Shown: positions 8,776 to 15,122 of the stretch, in pieces | How positions within the stretch are numbered: the first letter of the stretch is position 1 | How the letters are laid out: the number at the start of each line of letters is the position of its first letter | Assembly (NCBI GenBank): GCA_043797665.1 | Contig: JAZDPL010000010.1 | Span: forward strand, 1-20,919 | DNA from: Candidatus Omnitrophota bacterium | Lineage (GTDB): Bacteria > Ratteibacteria > UBA8468 > MWAK01 | Direction: 5' to 3' | Length of the DNA: 20,919 nucleotides | The notes under the pieces: model-generated | Seen by the model: only the letters and a program-made list of their open reading frames with translations | Told to the model about the DNA's origin: nothing | Database searches by the model: none | Position numbers and translations under genes: made by a program

Positions 8776-9492
8776 GTGTTTTTTGCTTGTTTTCAACCGG
8801 AATTGCCAGAAACTGGTATGGTGATAGATACCAACTCTTTTCAGGGAATACGGGCCGGATTCCGGAGATTTGCAAAATGAACAGCAGGAAATAAAAGCCG
8901 GGGTAAAGAGAGCCGCCTGATAACCGGCTTCCGCCACCATCTGCCTGATTTCCGGTGAATGTCTGCCAAACGGGTAACAAAAAAATCCAACGTCATCTTT
9001 TGTCTTTTCTTCCAGAATCTGCCTGGATTTTGTAATTTCTTCACGGGCCACGGAGGGAGAAACAGCGGTCAGATTTATATGGGTCAGAGAATGCGAGCCA
9101 AAGGTGAACCCGTCTTTAGCCATTTCAGCCACTTCTGGCCAGTTGAGAAGCCGGTCTTTTTCCGGTAAACCCTTTTCTTTATCCCGCGGCAAAAGGTTCC
9201 GGGTTCCAATATAAGATACGGTAAGAAAAAAAGTTGCGGAAGAACCGGATTCTTTCAAAATTGGATAGGCATACCGGTAATTGTCAAAATACCCGTCGTC
9301 AAAGGTGATGGCAGCCAGTCTTTCTTTTTGTGTCAGACCCTCTTTCCGGGCTGCAAGGATATCTTTTAAAGAGACGATTTGATATCGCTTCTTTAAGGAA
9401 TTTATCTGCCGGCGGAATCTCTCCGGAGGGACAGACAACGTATCTGCTGACCAGTCGTTTACCCGATGATAAGCCAGGATTAAAATGCTCAT
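8755..9492 (-). CDS. Polysaccharide deacetylase family protein (CE4/NodB fold)
   Basis: ILAYHRV, TFDDGY, ATFFL, GSHSLTH (HxxxH metal ligands), FCYPFG. No evident signal peptide. Confidence 0.92.
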   Translation of the reverse strand: MSILILAYHRVNDWSADTLSVPPERFRRQINSLKKRYQIVSLKDILAARKEGLTQKERLAAITFDDGYFDNYRYAYPILKESGSSATFFLTVSYIGTRNLLPRDKEKGLPEKDRLLNWPEVAEMAKDGFTFGSHSLTHINLTAVSPSVAREEITKSRQILEEKTKDDVGFFCYPFGRHSPEIRQMVAEAGYQAALFTPAFISCCSFCKSPESGPYSLKRVGIYHHTSFWQFRLKTSKKHCHSRMF

Positions 9493-9581
9493 ATAGATTC
9501 TTCGCGGAGTTTATCCTGAGCGAGATTCTTCGCTACGCTCAGAATGACAGAGCGAAGGACTCAGAATGACATATAATGTCA
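9491..9581. repeat. Nested TGTCA-ended palindromic repeat element
   Basis: AGATTCTTCGC-GGAGTTTATCCTGAGC-[GAGATTCTTCGCTACGCTCAGAATGACA]-GAGCGAAGGACTCAGAATGACA, followed by TATAA-TGTCA. The inner unit is identical to 6406-6433. Confidence 0.85.
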
Positions 9582-11435
9582 ATCTATGTACATCTGATGC
9601 CACATCTCCAGAACCAGAAGGAGATACAACCGATTGGCGTGGTCTACCCGTCCGCTTAAATGTTCCCCCAAAATTTTTCTTATGTGTTCCGGATTAAAGT
9701 AACCCCGTTTCAGCGCTTTTTCGCCTAAAATAAAAGAGGTCAGGTATCCTTGCAAATCCTTCCGGAACCAGACTGCTAAGGGAATACCAAACCCTTTCTT
9801 CTTTCTTTTCAAAACCTCTTCCGGCAACATCCCTTTCAGAGATTTTCTCAAAAGATATTTACTCCGGGTATACCGTATTTTATAACCGGCCGGCAGAGAG
9901 GCAATCAGTTCTACTAATTTATGGTCCAAAAACGGACTGCGTATTTCCAGGCCGTGTGCCATTGAAGCGATATCCATCTTTACCTGAAGGCAGTCAGGCA
10001 GGTAAGTCTTGAAATCGACCAGGAGCATCTTTTCCAGAAGGTCCTTTGCTTCTTTCCAGTCTTTTTCAACCTGATATAAAGGGTCGGAGAGTAAACCCTG
10101 CTTGAAAAAAGGCTGATAAAGAGACTCTTTTTCCGATTCCGGAAAGACCGTCAGCCACCGGCTGTAACGTCGGGCTGGAGTCAAAGAAGGAGCATCTCTC
10201 AACGCCCATTCTATTTTACGCAAACTACCGTAACGGCGATATAAAGAAGCCCCGGAAATAGTTTTTAAAAGGCGCGGTCTAAAATCTAATATCTTTTCCA
10301 GAAACAGTGCCTGACGGTACCTGGGATAGCCGGCAAAGTTTTCGTCACCGCCGTCTCCGGAAAGGGCTACCGTAACGTATTTTCTTGTCTCTCCGCACAG
10401 GTAGAAGGTGGGAATGGCAGAACTGTCTCCAAACGGTTCACCGTAATGCTCCACAATCCTGGGTAAAATCGAAATGACGTCGGGCTTAACGACGAATTCA
10501 GCGTGGTCGGTGTGAAAGGTTTTTGCCACCTTTCGGGCATACTTTAACTCGTCATAGTTTCTTTCACTAAATCCGATGGAAAAGGTCTTGACCGGCTTTT
10601 TGGAAAGATGGCTCATCAGGGCGACTACGGCACTGGAGTCAATACCTCCGGAGAGGAAAGCACCCAAAGGGACATCGCTTATCATCCGGAGCCGTACCGC
10701 TTCTTTTAAGGTTTCTGAAAGTAATCGTTGGGCTTCTTCCTCAGAAATTCTCAGTTTATGGTTAAAATCAGGACTCCAATAGCGTTCAATTTTAATTTCC
10801 CCGTGCTGATAAATAAGATAGTGGCCGGCTGGTATCTTCTTGATTCCGGTAAAGATGGATTGGGGGGAAGGTATATACTGAAGAGTGAGAAAAGTGTTCA
10901 GTGCCTCCGGGTCAATCTCTTTCGTAACATCAGGCGCGATGAGAAGGGTTCTTATCTCGGAAGCAAAGGTGAAAGCAGAAGAGGTTTCGGCATAGACCAG
11001 TGGTTTTTTACCCAATCGGTCACGGCTGAGAAAGAGCCTCTTTTTATCTTCATCCCAGAGACCGAAGGCGAACATTCCCCGCAGGTCCTGAAGACAGTCA
11101 ACGCCTTTTTCTTCATAGAGGTGGACAATTACTTCGTTATCTGACTTTGTCTGAAAAAGATGCCCTCGCTTTTTCAATTCATGGCGTATCTGTTGAAAAT
11201 TATAGATTTCACCGTTGGCAACCAGGATAATCTTTCCGGTTTCATTTTTCAGAGGCTGGCGGCCGGTGGTAAGGTCAATTATTGCCAGACGCCGGTGACC
11301 CAAGCCGATGTCCCCGTTGAAGTAAAAACCTTCCTCATCCGGTCCCCGGTGGCGCAGAGACCTCGCCATTCGGATAAGTATCTGTTCATCGACTTTTCGT
11401 CCTGATTTTTCAATCCGGCCGACGATACCGCACAT
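9579..11435 (-). CDS. asnB: Asparagine synthase (glutamine-hydrolysing) family amidotransferase, probably glycan-modifying
   Basis: N-terminal MCGI (Ntn Cys), HRGPD, LGHRRLAIID, NGEIYNF, RDRLGKKPL, LSGGIDSS, SGDGGDENFAGY, EIRSPFLD. The glycan role is inferred from context. Confidence 0.93.
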   Translation of the reverse strand: MCGIVGRIEKSGRKVDEQILIRMARSLRHRGPDEEGFYFNGDIGLGHRRLAIIDLTTGRQPLKNETGKIILVANGEIYNFQQIRHELKKRGHLFQTKSDNEVIVHLYEEKGVDCLQDLRGMFAFGLWDEDKKRLFLSRDRLGKKPLVYAETSSAFTFASEIRTLLIAPDVTKEIDPEALNTFLTLQYIPSPQSIFTGIKKIPAGHYLIYQHGEIKIERYWSPDFNHKLRISEEEAQRLLSETLKEAVRLRMISDVPLGAFLSGGIDSSAVVALMSHLSKKPVKTFSIGFSERNYDELKYARKVAKTFHTDHAEFVVKPDVISILPRIVEHYGEPFGDSSAIPTFYLCGETRKYVTVALSGDGGDENFAGYPRYRQALFLEKILDFRPRLLKTISGASLYRRYGSLRKIEWALRDAPSLTPARRYSRWLTVFPESEKESLYQPFFKQGLLSDPLYQVEKDWKEAKDLLEKMLLVDFKTYLPDCLQVKMDIASMAHGLEIRSPFLDHKLVELIASLPAGYKIRYTRSKYLLRKSLKGMLPEEVLKRKKKGFGIPLAVWFRKDLQGYLTSFILGEKALKRGYFNPEHIRKILGEHLSGRVDHANRLYLLLVLEMWHQMYID

Positions 11436-11436
11436 T

Positions 11437-11901
11437 TTAAAGAATTGTGTACAGGTTTGCCATTTCCAATGCGGTCAGCGCTGCCTGCCACCCGCGGTTA
11501 CCCGATTTTGTACCGGCCCGGTCAACTGCCTGGTCTACCGTATCACAGGTAAGGATTCCGTAGATTATCGGCATTTTGCTTTCCAGGGCTAACTGGCTGA
11601 TACCTTTGCTTGACTGACCCGCGATGTAGTCAAAGTGAGGTGTTTCACCCCTGACGATAGTGCCCAAACAGATGACCGCATCAAACTTACCTCCTTCGGC
11701 AAGCCGTTTCGCCACCGCAGGAATTTCAAAGGAACCGGGCACCCAGGCGGTGGTGATATCCTGCTCCTTCATGCCGTGTCGTATCAGACAGTCATAGGCA
11801 CCTTCCAACAACCTCTTGGTGATAAAGTCATTGAACCGGCTGACCACCACCGCGAACTTCTTACCTTTTCCGTCCAGAACCCCTGCCAATTCTTTACCCA
11901 T
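11437..11901 (-). CDS. ribH: 6,7-dimethyl-8-ribityllumazine synthase
   Basis: [56 protein letters not shown]. Confidence 0.97.
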   Translation of the reverse strand: MGKELAGVLDGKGKKFAVVVSRFNDFITKRLLEGAYDCLIRHGMKEQDITTAWVPGSFEIPAVAKRLAEGGKFDAVICLGTIVRGETPHFDYIAGQSSKGISQLALESKMPIIYGILTCDTVDQAVDRAGTKSGNRGWQAALTALEMANLYTIL

Positions 11902-11908
11902 ACCATTT

Positions 11909-11915
11909 CCTCCCT
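11909..11915 (-). promoter_or_regulatory. Shine-Dalgarno sequence of ribH (AGGGAGG)
   Basis: The minus strand reads AAAAAAGGGAGG-AAATGGT-ATG, a 7-nt spacer. Confidence 0.75.
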
Positions 11916-11968
11916 TTTTTGTAATTTTACTAATACAAACGCATTTAGTAAATTTACATCATAAAACT

Positions 11969-12018
11969 GTAGGGGCTTGATTCATCAAGCCCGCGGGCGC
12001 CATGAATGGCGCCCCTAC
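11969..12018. repeat. 50-bp GTAG-type REP doublet (REPIN-like), hairpins B+C
   Basis: GTAG-GGGCTTGAT-TC-ATCAAGCCC-GC-GGGCGCCAT-GA-ATGGCGCCC-CTAC, located between ribBA and ribH. Confidence 0.92.
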
Positions 12019-12042
12019 GTTAAATTCCTTAGTGTGTTCGTG

Positions 12043-13248
12043 TTAAACACTAAGTAAGTGGCTTAGTTTCTCCTTTTTTGTCTTCAGATACTCCCGGTTG
12101 TACTTACCGGCGGGAATTTCAATCGGTACCCGGTCAACCACCTCCAAGCCGTAGCCGGTGAGACCAACGAGTTTACGCGGATTATTGGTCAGAAGACGTA
12201 TCCGGAAAAGTCCCAAATCTTTCAGAATCTGAGCACCAATTCCGTAGTCTCTCAGGTCATCCGGAAAACCCAGGGCTAAATTAGCCTCAACCGTATCCAT
12301 TCCCTTTTCTTCCTGGAGTTGGTATGCTTTTAACTTATTCATCAAACCGATGCCGCGTCCTTCCTGACGCATATAGAGCAATACTCCCCTGCCCTCCCGG
12401 TTGATTATTTCCAGAGAACGGTGTAACTGTTCACCGCAATCACAACGCAGGGAATGGAAGATATCACCGGTCAGACACTGGGAGTGCACCCGGACCAAAA
12501 TACTGTCTTTATCATCTCTGAGTTGCAAATTTCCTTTGGTTAAAGCTAAATGATGGTCTTTTTCTAACAGGGATTCGTAGAGGTTCAAAGTAAACTCTCC
12601 GCAGGCGGTAGGCAGTGCTACCTCCAGAACTTTGTGCACTAATTTTTCCTTTTTTCTACGGTATTCAATAACCTCAGCAACCGCGGCAATCGGAAGGTGA
12701 TACCTCTTTGCCAGGTCCTCCAATTCGGGCATTCGTGCCATTTGACCATCTTCGGCCATTATTTCGCATATCACCGCCGCCGGATAGAGTCCGGCCATCT
12801 TCATTAAATCAATCGCGGCTTCAGTATGACCGGCCCTTATCAGTACCCCGCCTTTTTGAGAGCGCAAAGGAAAGATATGTCCCGGTCGAGCCAGGTCTTC
12901 CGGTTTTGTCTCGGGAGCAATAAGAGATTTGACGGTAGTTGCCCGATCTAAAGCGGAAATACCGGTGGTAACACCTTTCTTGGCGTCAACCGAAACGGTA
13001 AAAGAAGTACCATGTAAGGCGGTACTTTCTGAGACCATCGGTTTCAGGTTTAAAAGGCCTAACCTTTCTTCTTCCATAGCCACGCAAATCAAACCCCGGG
13101 CAACACTTGCCATAAAGTTAATCGACTCCGGGGTTACCTTTTCTGCTGCCAGAACCAGGTCACCTTCATTCTCCCGGTTTTCGTCATCCACCACGACAAC
13201 AAATTTTCCCGCCTTTAATGCGGTCAGGATTTTTTCCAGGTTATCCAT
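12043..13248 (-). CDS. ribBA: Bifunctional 3,4-dihydroxy-2-butanone-4-phosphate synthase / GTP cyclohydrolase II
   Basis: DDENRENEGDL, FTVSVDA, RPGHIFPL, GHTEAA, VICEI (RibB half); RVHSQCLTGDIFHSLRCDCG, QEGRGIGL, DTVEAN, LLTNNPRK (RibA half). Confidence 0.97.
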   Translation of the reverse strand: MDNLEKILTALKAGKFVVVVDDENRENEGDLVLAAEKVTPESINFMASVARGLICVAMEEERLGLLNLKPMVSESTALHGTSFTVSVDAKKGVTTGISALDRATTVKSLIAPETKPEDLARPGHIFPLRSQKGGVLIRAGHTEAAIDLMKMAGLYPAAVICEIMAEDGQMARMPELEDLAKRYHLPIAAVAEVIEYRRKKEKLVHKVLEVALPTACGEFTLNLYESLLEKDHHLALTKGNLQLRDDKDSILVRVHSQCLTGDIFHSLRCDCGEQLHRSLEIINREGRGVLLYMRQEGRGIGLMNKLKAYQLQEEKGMDTVEANLALGFPDDLRDYGIGAQILKDLGLFRIRLLTNNPRKLVGLTGYGLEVVDRVPIEIPAGKYNREYLKTKKEKLSHLLSV

Positions 13249-13264
13249 AATTGAGATCCTTCAT

Positions 13265-13314
13265 GTAGGGGTCGGATTTATCCGACCCGCGGGCTTGATG
13301 AATCAAGCCCCTAC
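13265..13314. repeat. 50-bp GTAG-type REP doublet (REPIN-like), hairpins A+B
   Basis: GTAG-GGGTCGGAT-TT-ATCCGACCC-GC-GGGCTTGAT-GA-ATCAAGCCC-CTAC, located between ribE and ribBA. Confidence 0.92.
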
Positions 13315-13325
13315 GGTTATTGGTG

Positions 13326-13886
13326 TCACTTAAGGTACCGGGCAAGAATATCCACCTCAATATTTACTTCCTCGCCGGTCCTTTTCTTACCTAAGTTGGT
13401 CTGGTTTAACGTATAAGGCACTAACGCTGCGGAAAAACGGTTCCCGGAAACCTCAGCCACCGTCAGACTTACTCCTTCTACTGCCACGGACCCTTTCTTT
13501 ACCAGATACTTTTTTAATTCAGCCGGGAACAAAATCACCATCTCTTTCCCTTCACCCGCCTTTTTTATTCCTACAATCCTGCCCTTTCCATCCACGTGAC
13601 CGGTAACCAAATGACCGCCAATCCGGTCACCCAGACGCAGAGCCTGCTCCAAATTAACCATGTCTCCGGACTTTAGCCTTCCCAACGAGGTCCGATTTAA
13701 AGTTTCCCGGGAGAGGTCAAACCAGATTTTGTTTTCGGTAACCCGGGTTATTGTAAGGCAGATACCATTTACCGCAATACTCTCACCGGGTCTGACGTCA
13801 GTCAAGGATGCGTCTATGGACAGGGTTCCTTTTCCTCGTACCGTCGTGGTTACCTTTCCGGTATTTTGAATTATCCCCGTAAACAT
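13326..13886 (-). CDS. ribE: Riboflavin synthase alpha chain
   Basis: MFTGII N-terminus, SIAVNGICLT, GGHLVTGHVD, KGSVAVEGVSLTV, VNIEVDILARY. Called ribC in E. coli nomenclature. Confidence 0.97.
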   Translation of the reverse strand: MFTGIIQNTGKVTTTVRGKGTLSIDASLTDVRPGESIAVNGICLTITRVTENKIWFDLSRETLNRTSLGRLKSGDMVNLEQALRLGDRIGGHLVTGHVDGKGRIVGIKKAGEGKEMVILFPAELKKYLVKKGSVAVEGVSLTVAEVSGNRFSAALVPYTLNQTNLGKKRTGEEVNIEVDILARYLK

Positions 13887-13946
13887 ACCTGTTATATTAT
13901 ACTACAAAAAACCTGTATGTAATACGAACGCATTAAATATTTTGAC

Positions 13947-13996
13947 GTAGGGGTCGGATTTATCCGACCCGCGGGCTTGATAAATCAAGCCCCTAC
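13947..13996. repeat. 50-bp GTAG-type REP doublet (REPIN-like), hairpins A+B
   Basis: 49/50 identical to 13265-13314 (second loop AA versus GA). Overlaps the ribD stop codon. Confidence 0.92.
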
Positions 13997-15108
13997 AAGT
14001 ATGGTTTATAAATAGAAAGGGAATCAGGGCCGAAATGGCGCATTGCTTTAAATTTGAAACGGAGGGCTTCTTCCGGGGTTGGGAACCCTTTGCCGGCAAT
14101 TGATGACTTTGCGTTTCTGTTGCCTAAGACGATGGGTGACTGAAAGACGTAGAGTAAGTCTACCATCTTTTCATCCACAAAAGAACCGAAGGTTTCCGCG
14201 CCTCCTTCCACCAGGACGGAACCGACCTCCATTTTGTAGAGCAGGTTCAGCAGTTTTTTTATCGCCACTCTTTCTGCCCCGGCCACCAGAATCCTGGCGC
14301 CTTTTTCTTCTAACCTCCGTAAATTTGACGAGGGTGCTTTTTCGGTGGTGGCTACCACTACCCTGCCCTTCCCTTTCCACAATTTTGCGGAAAGGGGAAT
14401 CCGTGCCTGGTTGTCAAGGACAATTTTGAAGTAACGTTTGTGTGAAACTAACGAAAGAGACAGTTTTGGGACCAGGTAATCCAGAGAAGGGTCATCCGCC
14501 AGGACGGTCTTTATGCCCACCAGAACGGCATCATACTCAAAACGGAGGCGGTGAGCAAATCTTCGTGCTTCTTCTCCGGTAATCCATTTTGACTTTCCGG
14601 TATAACTGGTAATCTTGCCATCAAGGCTCTGGGCAATCTTGAGAGTAATAAAAGGCCGGCGTTGGGTTATCCAGGTAAAATAAGATTCATTAATCCGGAG
14701 ACTTTCTTCGAAGAGTAGTCCTGTTTCCACCTCAATACCGGTCTTTTTGAGCCGGCTGAAGCCTTTTCCGGAAACCAGTGGGTTGGGGTCGGGCATCGCG
14801 GCCACAACCTTTTTAATTCCGGCTTTAATCAACGCTTCGGTGCAGGGTGGGGTTTTACCGAAATGACAACAAGGCTCTAAGTTTATGTACAGGGTACTGC
14901 CTTCAGGTGATTCGGTGACATTTTTTAAAGCATCAACCTCAGCGTGGTCACCTCCAAAGTGTTGGTGGTAACCTTCACCGATAATCCGGTTGTCTTTTAC
15001 CAGTACCGCACCAACTAAAGGGTTTGGACTCACCAATCCTTCGCCTTTTTTTGCTAAACGCAGTGCTCTCTTCAGGTATTTTTCCGTGTTATTGTCTTGA
15101 GCAGCCAT
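13993..15108 (-). CDS. ribD: Bifunctional diaminohydroxyphosphoribosylaminopyrimidine deaminase / reductase
   Basis: SPNPLVGAV, HAE, LEPCCHFGKTPPC (Zn deaminase); KIAQSLDGKI, SKWITG, TVLADDPSL, VLVEGG (reductase). Confidence 0.97.
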   Translation of the reverse strand: MAAQDNNTEKYLKRALRLAKKGEGLVSPNPLVGAVLVKDNRIIGEGYHQHFGGDHAEVDALKNVTESPEGSTLYINLEPCCHFGKTPPCTEALIKAGIKKVVAAMPDPNPLVSGKGFSRLKKTGIEVETGLLFEESLRINESYFTWITQRRPFITLKIAQSLDGKITSYTGKSKWITGEEARRFAHRLRFEYDAVLVGIKTVLADDPSLDYLVPKLSLSLVSHKRYFKIVLDNQARIPLSAKLWKGKGRVVVATTEKAPSSNLRRLEEKGARILVAGAERVAIKKLLNLLYKMEVGSVLVEGGAETFGSFVDEKMVDLLYVFQSPIVLGNRNAKSSIAGKGFPTPEEALRFKFKAMRHFGPDSLSIYKPYL

Positions 15109-15122
15109 GGTAATAGGGGACT

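Noticed and set aside
13896..13925. Sigma70 promoter for ribE
   Set aside because: A perfect TATAAT is present, but there is no convincing -35 or TGn extension, so it is not called as a feature.
11969..13996. The 50-bp repeats as a CRISPR array, attC sites or intrinsic terminators
   Set aside because: They are separated by whole housekeeping genes rather than spacers, there is no cas or integrase gene, the attC RYYYAAC/GTTRRRY ends are absent, and no poly-U tail follows on the coding strand.
1318..14429. Short alternative-frame or antisense ORFs (60-140 aa), including 6186-6431, 9330-9569, 12929-13333 and 13902-14099
   Set aside because: They overlap well-supported genes, and several simply read through the palindromic repeats. 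No domain evidence.
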